A stretch of 64,000 nucleotides of DNA from Eledone cirrhosa (taxonomy: Eukaryota), in NCBI GenBank assembly GCA_964016885.1, contig OZ024756.1, positions 28,272,001 to 28,336,000 of the forward strand. Direction: 5' to 3'. The number at the start of each line of letters is the position of its first letter. Within the stretch, counting starts at the first letter, position 1. A model generated the notes under the pieces. That model was not told the DNA's origin, did not search any database, and saw nothing but the letters and a program-made list of their open reading frames with translations. Both the position numbers and the translations under genes were made by a program. Positions 25,166 through 37,345 of the stretch are shown here, one piece after another.

Positions 25166-26421
25166 CTTAATTGCTAGACAGAACAATCTAAAGCAGTATA
25201 GTCTTATCAGTGTATTGTTTACTAAACCAAGTTAACTTGCAATTATACATATCTTAGACAATCTAATGGTGTTGAGAAAGCATTAATTACTAATTACATC
25301 CAAAGACAATTTAGAGGTGTCAGCCAGTTTGGTTGCTGTAAAGAATGAAAAGAAAAAATCTTTGTATGTAGTAGATGCAGCAGTTGGAGTCAGCAGTCAG
25401 AGAAACAGTCAAGTAAATTCTTTTCAAAGCTTAGAAGAAAGCCTCATAGAAATAGTTGACAGCTCCTGGATTAGCAGTGGATGTGGGTGATCCAAAAGCA
25501 TAGTAGCCAGAATAGAAATTGTTTGGAAAAAGTTTAACCCTTTAACATTTAAACCAGCCATATCCAGCCAGAATTCTCTCACCTCTTTCTGTTCAAACCA
25601 GTCGTAACTGGCCGCTCATACTGATGTTAAGGTATTGTTCTCAAAATAAATAATATCAAAATCTCATAGATTCGATATTATGTGAGATAAAGCCTTTTCT
25701 GTGAAAATACAATACTAAATATAGAGTAATGTAAATGCTAAAGAGTTAAGGAGCTAATACCTCTGCTGGCAACACAGAGATTCTCTCTCCAAATGAAGAG
25801 CATATTGTATGACATTTGTCTAGAAACCTTGTATGTTCTACACTCTACTATCTAAAAAAAAAATTTAAAAAAAGACAATCGATAATGTAGTCCCAGGTAT
25901 ACTAAGTCTGAAAAACTAAAGACAAAGTGGTCGAAGTTTTGATCATACATCAAGTGAGTCACTATTGACCTGGGTTTAAACAATAAAAACAATGCTAAAG
26001 ATGACCTAAAGAAGAAGCCTTTATACCAGGGGTCTTCACTATGGTCATAAATCTTATGTAATTACTAAAAGAATACAATCGTGAATACAAGTAACCAAAA
26101 TGGGGTTAACGTCTTTTACTTTATAGGGTATGTAGCTCAGAGATCAGAGTTACTCCAGGTAGAGCTGCTACTTTTCAAAATTGAGAGATCACAGCTCCAG
26201 TAATACAGATATGTATTCAACAACTAATCAACATTGAATCACATATCACACTCCAATCAACAGCAAATCAAATTTGAGCCACATATCACACCCAATAATT
26301 ATGGAGCTACATATCACACTACTTTTGGCAGCCAATCAGAATTCAATTGCATATGAACATTTAAAACTCTACTTAGGTATTGAGTAGTCCTTTCTCTCAG
26401 CTGTCAACCACATATATATGC

Positions 26422-26492
<71 letters not shown>

Positions 26493-26627
26493 AAGGTTAA
26501 ACAAGGTTCAATGAATAAATCAAAGAATGAGTTTTACAATAGATTGGAAGCACTCCACAAAAATGGTTTTCACTACCATGGCTGAATCTTAATCATCTAC
26601 TTAGTCAGAGTATGTCATGCATCATAT

Positions 26628-26694
26628 TATTTTATCTGATGAGGACGTACTGTTGAAGATAGCTCAGTACCTCTGAAATATGTATAATAAAATA
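26628..26694 (+). ncRNA. Minimal type-I hammerhead ribozyme motif
   Basis: TATTTTAT CTGATGA [GGAcGTACTG..CAGTACcTCT] GAAA TATGTA TA^ ATAAAATA; perfect 8-bp helix I. Confidence 0.8.
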
Positions 26695-27061
26695 TACTTG
26701 ATCACACGAATGTCTATTTTTATTAATATTTTGAATTAATATATATTTATACATTATTTAGAGAAGAAAACACAAAAAGGAGTATGTTTTCAATTGTGTT
26801 TTCTTCTCTATATACTGTATTATGAAGAGCCCAATACTTATTCCTTGAGCTCATTAAATTACAGGGGATTAACGTGAGTCTTTAATTCCGTTTATTCATT
26901 CGATATATATATATAATAAGTTGACAAGACTAGCATGGGTTTCATTGCTAGTATTCGTTGCATCTCAGTATACTTAATAGGTAATACTAAATAAACTCCC
27001 AGATTAGACACATAGTTATTCACTTTAACAGAACACACGTAAATGGGTACCTTCAATCTAT

Positions 27062-27174
27062 ACCTGTACGCAAGTTTCTGCCATACTTAATGCAGCAATA
27101 GAGTGCACAGCCTCTACTGTCTGCATCTATTATGCAACAATCCACAATCGGCACATGTGGCTTCATCAGCGGGT
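27062..27174 (-). ncRNA. Hammerhead motif with long, branched helix II
   Basis: ACCCG CTGATGA aGCCA..(~75 nt, internal hairpin)..TGGCa GAAA CTTGCG TA^ CAGGT; one mismatch in helix I. Confidence 0.55.
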
Positions 27175-27702
27175 TTCGCCTAATCAATAACCAATCGATT
27201 AACAGAATTTGATTCCAGTCTGTGTCGGCTCTGACTGTATATGACAGCCAACACAGTAAAACATTAGCAACTGAAATCCCTACACATCATCACAATGCTG
27301 TCAGTCGATTGGCTATTGGTTCAGAAATTTACGTGACAGCAGGAGATCAAAATTCAAATAGTTCCACTCCTGCCATAAGCTCTCAGCCAACATGTCTCAA
27401 ACACAAATTAACAAGTGAGTGAAAAACGGTTATTAAAAAATCAGTCTCCTAGCAAGAAATAGTGCGACAGTAACAAGAGTAGTGCCTAAAACCTTTCCAG
27501 GCATTAAATGGCAACATGTAATTAGACAGCAATATAGAGTTAGCGCGCTGGTTAGAATTCGAATTCTAGACATTTGAACCAACCACGCGCATAACCAGTC
27601 ATTTTCACAACCTGCACAATTTAATAGGTGAGTGAGAGAGAAAGATATGACATGAACCAGAGCAAAAGATAACAATATCGCGAGAAGCACTGGGAAATCT
27701 CT

Positions 27703-28150
27703 CTAATCATTTTTTAGGCAATCCAGCACGCTTGCAGCGTTACCTAGGGTGATGGCAAGGCTGAGATGCTGGAATAACCAAGCGCCCTGAGGAGCATAAC
27801 CAGTTACCTCGGTTAGGCAAGCAGCTAGTGAAGTTAAGAACCTTACAGTCAGTAGCCCTGTTCCCCCAAATGTCTCGAATGTTACAGGCTGGAAAATGTA
27901 GTTGGCTGACAGGTCACGGTATTTCAGAGTTTTATTCCGTTCTGCTGCGGATGCAGTAGCTCTCGCCATTACCGCTACATCCAGGATCAGGGAAGGAGCA
28001 AAAGAGTCACTAACTGTGGCATCCCAGATAAGGCACCTGCCTCTTTACCAGGGGCACAGGGTAAGGCAGTCAGGTCTTCTCACATCAATTCTGGACAAAC
28101 CAGACGTTTCCAAAATTAAGGGGATGTCTGCCCGGGCCAAAGCTGGTATT
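27703..28150 (-). mobile_element. Restriction-like endonuclease C-terminus of a CRE-like non-LTR retrotransposon (pseudogenic)
   Basis: [59 protein letters not shown], a PD..D..K RLE signature. Confidence 0.75.
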
Positions 28151-29851
28151 AGGACAGTGTGTGTATGTGCACGCAAGTGAGTTTGTCGGCGATCTTAAAT
28201 TAGAAACGCGTGTATCATATATATATATGTGTGTCACGTTTTTAAGTTAGAGACATATGTATGTGTGTATCCCCTGCCTTCCTTTTACACACACATACAT
28301 TCACACAAACACACACACATTGTGTGACGGACGGACAGAAGTCGCTCAAATTTATATTCGTGTGATTTGAGTTCCACAGAAGCAGGTAGAGAACTTCAAG
28401 TATCTCGGGGACGTATTCATGAGTGATGGAATGCAGGAGGCTGAATTAAGTGCAAGAATTACAAAGAATTAAAAAAGCTGGCGCCGTAATGCACCAGTTT
28501 CAGCATTCAGTAATCAGAAGGGAGGTAGGTGTATAAGCGAAACTCGTTGTCTTCTTGCTAACCTTTACCTATGGTTATGAATCTTGGATAATGACTGAAA
28601 GAATACGATTGTAAATACAAGCGGCCGAAATGAGGTTCCTCTGAAGGGTCTTTGGGGGTAACTTTAGTCGCTAGAGTGCATAGCTCGGAGATCAGAGAAT
28701 CACTACTGGTAGAGCCACTACTTTTCCGGATTGGGAGATCACAGCTCTGATACTATGGACATGTGGTTAGAATATCTCAGGAAAGAATGACCCTCTCAGA
28801 AATAAATGGGCGAAGAAGATATTGCCAATTTACATATATCTATATGCATATATACTTGTATATCTATATGCATATAATACCAATACACACACTACATATG
28901 CGAGCAGAAAACCGCTCCACGGGCGGTTCTTCTACTAGTTTAGTATAATAATTTAACATTATAACACAGTTTTAAAGGAATTATTATCACAATCATTATA
29001 ATTAAAATAATTATAAAGCCATGTGAAATTTAATGTAAAATCCAGAATGGAAACGGCGATCTAAAACAAATTTTCTTTCTACAATTAAATGTAAAGAAAG
29101 AAAAATAAATATATAATACACATAATCTGTATAATATTGTGTATTGAAATCTAACAGAGACGATTTGAAATTAATAAACATATTCGTTCTTTTTTTTTTT
29201 TAAAGTGATTCAGAGTTACTTCGCCCTGACGTGGGAGGTTTTTAGTTTTTATATTAAATATGTTGTTTCGGATTCATTAATGAACATTAAAATATCAAAA
29301 TAATTATTCAGTAATACTGGCAAACGTGTAATATAAACAAATATTAGGATGATATTTCCTCTATTTTAACACTGTTATATTTTCTCTTCATTCTATATAA
29401 TTTCTATTTATTTAATTTCGTATGAACAATGTCGTCGCCCAAAGAAATTTCTAGAATCGCTGTAAATGCTGAACTGTTCTTTTCAAATAAATTAATTTGT
29501 AAATACGATTTCAACACGTCTTAAATATTATTTATTAGTAACTAATATATTGGAATAATCTTTCAAAATAATTTCGCTTCTTTAGGATTTTATTAAAAAT
29601 TAAAATTAAAATAAAATGTTTCTATTTTTAAATATTTCATAGTCAGAGTAAATTCAATGTTACCGCCCAAATCCATGAAAACATTAAAAAAATGTTTAAT
29701 TAAGCCTTTTCGTTACATATCTAATATCGTGATATTTCTTTTTTTAAAAACTAATAAATACAACTTAGGTACTAAAAATTATATTTTTGATAATTATTAA
29801 GGAAAATATTTTGTTCAATTGTTAACGTTTTAAGCGACCTATTCCCAGTTA

Positions 29852-29898
29852 CTTCCCTTGAAGAGCTCTTGTGTTAAGCTGCTCTCGCGTAGGTGAGT
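29852..29898 (+). promoter_or_regulatory. Possible pyrimidine (TOP/TCT-like) start and consensus 5' splice donor upstream of eIF5A
   Basis: CTTCCCTT at 29852; AG|GTGAGT with GT at 29893. Confidence 0.4.
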
Positions 29899-30047
29899 AT
29901 AAATTTCATTGTCATCCACATCTCCTCGACTGCTAACCTCGTCTTCATCGAGGTATCGCGCTCAACACAGAAAACAAAAAAAAAATAAAAAACAAAAACA
30001 CTTATAACCCAAGAACTCGAATACCATTACCAATTTTTTTATTTGTC

Positions 30048-30518
30048 ATGGCTTCTGAAGATAATTTCGATACCGGAGATGCAGGAGCATCAAAGACCTT
30101 TCCTCAGCAATGTTCCAGCTTACGCAAGAATGGTTACGTTGTTCTGAGACAAAGACCGTGTAAAATCGTTGATATGTCCACGTCAAAAACCGGCAAACAC
30201 GGCCATGCCAAGGTTCATCTCGTTGGTCTGGACCTGTTCAACGGCAAAAAGTACGAAGATATTTGTCCCTCCACTCACAATATGGAGGTGCCCAATGTGA
30301 AACGAAAGGACTACCTTTTGATTGATGTCGATGGGAATAATTATTTGACCCTGTTGGAAGATGATGGAGCAATTAAAGACGATTTAAACCTACCAAATAC
30401 TGATATCGGCAAAGAAATACACGAAAAGCACCAATGCGAGCAGTCTCTTGTTGTTACTGTGTTATCAGCTATGGGTGAAGAACAAGTAGTTAGTTATAAA
30501 TTGGATAATGCTAAATAA
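30048..30518 (+). CDS. EIF5A: Eukaryotic translation initiation/elongation factor 5A, intronless CDS, 156 aa
   Basis: Full ORF with the invariant hypusination loop STSKTGK50HGHAK, then KKYEDICPSTHNM and TVLSAMGEE. Confidence 0.98.
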   Translation: MASEDNFDTGDAGASKTFPQQCSSLRKNGYVVLRQRPCKIVDMSTSKTGKHGHAKVHLVGLDLFNGKKYEDICPSTHNMEVPNVKRKDYLLIDVDGNNYLTLLEDDGAIKDDLNLPNTDIGKEIHEKHQCEQSLVVTVLSAMGEEQVVSYKLDNAK

Positions 30519-32052
30519 TGGATTGAGCCAAAAGGAAAAAAAAACTGAACCTATGCAAGCTATGGTCACTTTTAACACTATAAACTGAAGCAATTAAACA
30601 CCAACACACTTATAATAATTACTCTTCTCGTCAACAGTTAAAGGACAGTCTTTATTTTCTATATAATAACAATACTAATTAATAATACTGTAAAAATGAT
30701 AGCAGCTAATAGACTTATAGGCAGGTTCTTTATCTACATATATATGTCTCTCTAACTCTACTTCTCTTCCTCTTGAATATGCGCGCACGCTCGAACACAT
30801 TCACTCAACCGTAGATATATTATACATTAAAAACATTAAATTCAGCCAAAGATATTTATTTATTTTAAGATGGAGACAACAGCAACGTAAATGGATCAAG
30901 CAGAGGACGGCGCAAAGAAATGGAGATACAACAGATATATAAAAAAAGAAATAAAAAATAAAATCCAAGCGATGTGAGTTGATCACATAAACCTCAACAA
31001 GTCACGGATTTTTTCAGAATCTTCATCGCCTCACCTGTTTATTTTTTTCTTCTTCCAATTTTATTTTTTGAACAGTATCTCTGAAGTTGCATCCATCTTC
31101 CAAATATTGCCATTCATTTTAGAGAGAAAAAAAAAAATTTGAAGTGAAGAATATACACGATCAGATGGAAGAAATGATTTTGAAAAAAAAAAGAAAAAAA
31201 AAAAAAAAAATTCTCTCCTTCATACTTCAACGTAATTGAAAATTTGCAGAAAAATCCCCGGATTTCTTGGTATGTTGGTTTGTTACCACTGGGAATTATG
31301 AATGTATATATATATATATTGTACGTTTTAGTCTTGGGGTATCAGTTTTTTTGTAATAGACCTTACTTTTTTTTTTTTCTCTTAAAATAAAGACTGATCA
31401 CCTCATTTCTAGACCAACTCAGATTCGATAACGAATCGGTCGTATAAGGCTAACAATTTACTTATAGATTAAAAAAGAAACCTAGAAAAAAAAAGTTTCT
31501 CCCTTTTAACTATTGATATATTATATAACAAGAATATATATATCCACCTTCATATTTCTTGTGCTACAAAGAAATATAGATTTAAATAAATGATGGTGGT
31601 GACTTAAAAGAAACTTAACAAGTCTTGAATAAATGGCTTTTTAAACTCCGAATGTCGTAGACACTTCATGGGGTGTTTTGGTTGACCTGCTTGAACATTT
31701 ATGCATGCTTTATATATAACATTCACTCTCTCTTTTGTATTTTTTTTCCTCCTTCCTCTTATAAATAAAAGTGGTTTGTATTTTCTCCTAAGGGCCAACA
31801 TTTGCGTTATATTAAAAAAATTGAACATAACACGTGATTTTCATTTTTATCGGCTTCTTTTTTCTCTCAATTATTAAATTTTCTATTCTCAATTTGGTCT
31901 TTTCTTCTCTGATGTTCCCAGCTGCTTATAGTAGTGTACGTCGGTATATTTATCCGACACCCTACACATAGCAGTTGCAATAATTTATCTAGCTGTATAT
32001 ATAAAATAATTAAGTCAAATATTTAAAATTTGGCTTCGTTTATTAAAGATGT

Positions 32053-32107
32053 ACTGCTATATATATTTCGGTGACAGCCATCATTGGCTATGACCTCTTC
32101 AGGCAGT
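32053..32107 (-). ncRNA. Minimal type-I hammerhead ribozyme motif
   Basis: ACTGC CTGAAGA GGTCATAGCCA ATGA TGGCTGTCACC GAAA TATATA TA^ GCAGT. Confidence 0.8.
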
Positions 32108-32512
32108 CCGAATTGGTGTGGTAGAGGGACAGGTACACAAGTGTTTTACTCCGATATGTCCAGCTCCTGGTTGGGTTATTTCTCTGAGGAACTGGAATCG
32201 TATCTAGGATATACGGTTAAAATATATCTAACGTGGTAAAATCCTATGATGAACCCCCCCGGAAAGTGTTTCCACTATTTCTTTACACCATCGTCACTAA
32301 ATACACTTTTGCAATTTTTTTTTCTTTAAATCTTCTATTTTGTTTATGAATTATTTATGCTAGTTAAGATCTAATTATTCCATCATCGGTCACTTTCTCT
32401 CCTATCTCTGCTCCCTTCTCTTACCTACATTCGACCTCGTGGTTCGCTTTCCAGCATGGTACAACTGCTTGCCACTGTTCTCTATGGGAATAGGATGCCT
32501 TATATATATGTG

Positions 32513-32547
<35 letters not shown>

Positions 32548-35500
32548 GTATATATATACATACACTCACACTGCTTATCTCTTCACCCCAAGGGATAAAC
32601 TATTCACTCAAATTTACATTTTCTGCACTTTTATATTCATATTAATATATAGGTATTTGCAGATTTATTTATTCCTTGTTTAGTATGTATTTATAATTAC
32701 TATTGATAAACAATTGATGTTTTCTAAGTCTTTTTCTGTAAAATAGACGTTCAGTTTTGTTCGGTTAACTCTTTATACTTTATGCTATATATTTAAGAAC
32801 AGTATACTTTATAAAAGCATAAGGAATTTTGTTAGTGTCTGAAGCTATTTTACTAAGGGCAACGCTGCTGTCATCGTGTTTGAAATATTCCGTTATACTT
32901 AAGTTATGGCGTTGGGCGGCCAAATCATATATATATATATGTAATCTTTTCTTTGGAAATAGTTTAATTCCTGTTCATTAAGCTTTCATCAATGTCCCAG
33001 TCAGTACGTTATAAATGACATCATCTAAGGGAGACTAGAAAACGAGTGACTTGAAAAGCCATTTTTATTATCAGCATCTGACCTACTTTTTTCTTTATCT
33101 TTCCTTCCTATGACACGTCGGCCATTCCGACTTAAGACAATTCTTGCTATTTTTTCTCGTTTCAATATTTAAAAAAAAAAATCCAATGTGAATTCTTTCT
33201 CTTAGGGAAACGTTATGAGGGAGAGACTCGAGATTATTTTTTTGTGAATTAATATATGTACCGTATTCGACGGGCCTGTAGAGCTGTACTCACTGTTGAT
33301 GGCCGTTTATTTGTTTCTAATTAAATTTTGTCAAAATATTTTGTACATTTTTTTTCTCCTCTATCTAAAATACTATTTAATGCTTGCCTGCATATCTTAA
33401 CTTTTTTCCTTCTCTTGTTCTTTCCTCCACTCAGTCTCATTGTATCGACCACTTCGTCGTTCTCGCCGAGTGGCGAGCGATTTACAACGGAAACAACCGA
33501 GCGGTTAGTCGTGCGCTGCCGGAATCTCTTCCTTATCTGGCCAACAGTGCTGCATTATTTCAATGGTGGTCTTTATTAAGATACGCGAATAATTTAACTT
33601 TTTTTTTTTTTTTTGACACAATTGTTTCAGTTCGGGTTTTGTTTCTTAGTTGGTATTATAGATTGATTTGTACGAGTATTTATTAACGCAACTGTGGACT
33701 GGACGAAACCGACTGTTGTGTTGGTAATAGTTTTCCTCACTAAAGATGTCCCTACGTTCCAGAACATATGGCAGTAATTTATACTTGGCATTACTGATTT
33801 CTATAAGTTACTGTCTCTTAGGCTTGAACAATTTCCTCCTACATTCAACATTTCATTGATTTAAATATGAAATATCGCAGATTACGATAATTTTTTTTTT
33901 CTTTCTGATGTTTAAAACAAATGTAACGTCTCTTTAAAATGACAGTTACTGTCTGTTGTATAAACCAAGTGGGTAAATTAAAATAGGCTACAATTTTTGT
34001 AAATATTTTCTTTGCAGAATCGTTAGTTGTTTTTGTGTTTTAATGTATTGCCTTACTTTCTGGCGTGTTAGGCGCACCTTTTATCGAGAAATTTAGTGTA
34101 AAGATTCTACCAGAGTCCTCTTTATAGGTAAAATATGTCTATAATATTACTGTCATTGTAACTTCAATATAAGTGCGTCGTATATAATGTTCAGGTTGTA
34201 TGTTGATCTGGTTTAATCGAAAAACCCCATATTAATTACGGAAGGTATAATTAGGGCTTGTCGACTTACGTAGTCTAGCATTGTGACAATACCAGCTCTT
34301 ACCACGTGGCTTTCTCTCAGCCACATTTCACATGTTTTCTAATATATTGCAAATATAGCTTCTATTAACAGCTAGTTTTAACTTTGGTTGATAAACACTC
34401 AAATTTCCCTTGATTTTAAAATTTCTCCCAGCTAGTGTCATCTGGTCGTAATCTTTACGACTGGTCATATCGGATTCGCACGTGATGTCCTAGCAGAAAG
34501 ATGTTAATGGATTTTTTTTTTTTCCCTCTGACTCATTTGAGATTAAATTTAATTTCTTAACTCACAATTACTACGAATTTACGACTACAATTGGTTTTAG
34601 GTGGTGGATGCCGTGACTCTATTGAAAGTCTTAACTGTTCGTCCTAAATGTGTATAGAGCGAATTAGTGTAAATTATGAGCCGACTGAAGTCTGGTTAAT
34701 CTTTTATCATTCAGTCACTTGAACCATAGCTGTGTGTACGTTGGCAGAAATAGTTTGCGTGGCAGTTTTGATAAGATGTTTTTATCTGACAGTTATTATG
34801 GTTAAATGTTCAATTGGACATTAAATTATTTCTTTCCTCTCTCGTGTTTTAATACCTGTTGTGATATATTACATACAACTGCTAGCTTTGTCAAACGGTT
34901 CACGTTTACTACTGACTGAATCTGTGAGGTAGCGGTCGTAAGCCTAGCAATGACTAAGGGAAAAATAGATTGAGGTGTATATTTATGCCGTATGGTATTC
35001 GCTTATTTGGGGGATTTTCCTTTTGTCTTTGTCTATACCGTTTATAAAATGACTTGTATATCGCAAAATGAGCTTTACCGATAGGCGGTGATTTGTAAAG
35101 GGATCTTATCTACGTCCTTCATATTGCATTGTTCTGAGGCTCGTAGAAATACTAGACACATACCAGCACTAGTAACCTGCAGGGACAGCTTATGTACACC
35201 AACTAAGGAAAGAGGATCGAATACATTTGATACTAATGAGTTGCTTCGACCCCCCCCCCCCGTCTCTGTCTCGTATTGAGCAAGATCAGCTTAATGTTTA
35301 CTATCACAGACTTTCTTGGTGCTCAAAGATTTTACAACAGTTAATAGTCTACCCAAATGTGTCCTGATTTCTAAAGTGACTTCTAAACATAATCAGTCCC
35401 ATACGATAATTTGCCGTGTCACACCTGAGGTAGCACAGCAATCATTTTTTTGGGAAGGGAGGGAGCTTTGTAAGCATGTGCGTCGCAGACAGCTTGACAA

Positions 35501-37146
35501 CTCGAAAGAGCCCGTAAAAAAAAAAAAATTTGATGCTGCGGCCTTATCAAATTGCACCTTCTTGAAATAGTGTCAGTTTGTGGTATTGGTCCTCAGGCAG
35601 ATAGCAAAGTCACCCGAAACATAGGGTGTTTTAGATGGATCTGCTTGGTTTTAAAATTAAACCTTTTAAATTCCTCGGACAAATAGGGAGATTCATGGCA
35701 TCATTGCCATAACTTACTGAATCTAGTATTTGGAATTCTTTCCCTTACCTAGAATCATTTTTTCCTATTAACTGAATTTTTTTTTCTGTTTGTTTATACA
35801 TCTGTAATTTTTACAAGTTGTAAATTAAGGGCAATCGGTTACCATCTGTATTTTTAAGTAAATTATCTTTCCTGTTTAGTTATGTTCTCATGCAGCTCTC
35901 CAATAATTTAGATATCGACATTTTCAAATCCTTGTTAGTGTTAACTTTTTTTCCTCAAAGTTTTTAATGCCTATGATTTTCAAATAATTTTGAAAATGAA
36001 AAAATTTGAAATAACTAATATTCAAATTAAACTGATGTTTGGAGTATAGCTGAAGGGGTTTTTACATATAAGCACATCAAGACTGTTTTGTATCAGAGCT
36101 AAGGATGGTTTGGTATCAAAACGTTTAATTGTTCCTGTCCTATTGTAAGCAGCCAAGAGCATGAGTGTGCATAAACAGCATTAAGACGGAGCTTTCAAGA
36201 TGCTATGAACAGAAAATGAGAAAGCTTTGAAGAGTGCTACACAACAAATGGAGAATTCTGGTGGTGTACTGTCATTTAATGTGTAAACGTGCAGAATGGA
36301 CTAAGTGATCATACAAGCAATGTGGGGTTTTTTCAGTGATATGATGGAGTGTGTGATAATGAATGCCAAATGTTGCTTTAGTGCACAAAAGTAATGGTCG
36401 TAGGACAATTGCTTCTCAATATTTAAGTAACTATAGCATTGATACTACTGGAAGGAATACATTCTAAGTCATGAACTACACTCTACCCACGAGCATTGAG
36501 AAGGTATCCCAAAAGTCACTAGAACGTTTTATATAATTTGAAATGGTCTAGTAACTTTTGGGACACATTATTCCTGTGGTATTGGCTTTTAATTAAAGTC
36601 CAAGAAATTTGGGATTTGTTAACTTTACTGATATCACTATGTAATATCTTTTCATGTGTTATATTCTAGGTTGAGACTAAATTTTTGCTTCAGTGTCAAG
36701 TTTACCCAATTTTAGCCATGAAAAGTACCAAGTACCACACTAGCTGTAGAATGTTTCTTGGTACAAATGATCTTGCAATGACAGTTTTGATAAGACAAGC
36801 CAGGTCAGATGACCATGTCTTGCTCATACAGAACTGGTTTTGGCTTGGTTTATATAGCTGGATACCCTTACTAACACCAACCACATTTACAATGTGCTGG
36901 GTGCTTTTTGTAGTGACACCTACATGTCCACTTTACAACACAAACTGGGCACTTTATATATTGATAATTGACTGGTTTGTCTTTTCCTCATCATAACTAT
37001 TTCTAATTAGCCTTTTAACACTCGTTTTGGTAACCTCAGATATTGTAGTTTAAGAGTTGAGTACATTCTACTGCTGAGCTAAAAATATTGATTTTTTTTT
37101 TTTTTTTTTTTTTTTTTCTTCATCTATTGCCACTCCCAAAGACACA

Positions 37147-37345
37147 AGTGTTGGCTGAAAAGTTCATAGGCTGACCAAGTTACTCTCATGGAATGACCAA
37201 ATGAGGTTTATTTTTCAACATAGTCCCTGGAAAGAAACAATGCAGTTATTAACAAGAAGAGTTGAAAATAATGTATGCCAGATTTCACAGCTCTAGTATG
37301 ACTCCCTCATAAAGAGCCTATGAACATTTCAGCCTACCCTCATAA
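37147..37345. mobile_element. mariner-like MITE (related copy ~53292-53480)
   Basis: GGCTGAAAAGTTCATAGGC ... GCCTATGAACATTTCAGCC. Confidence 0.65.
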
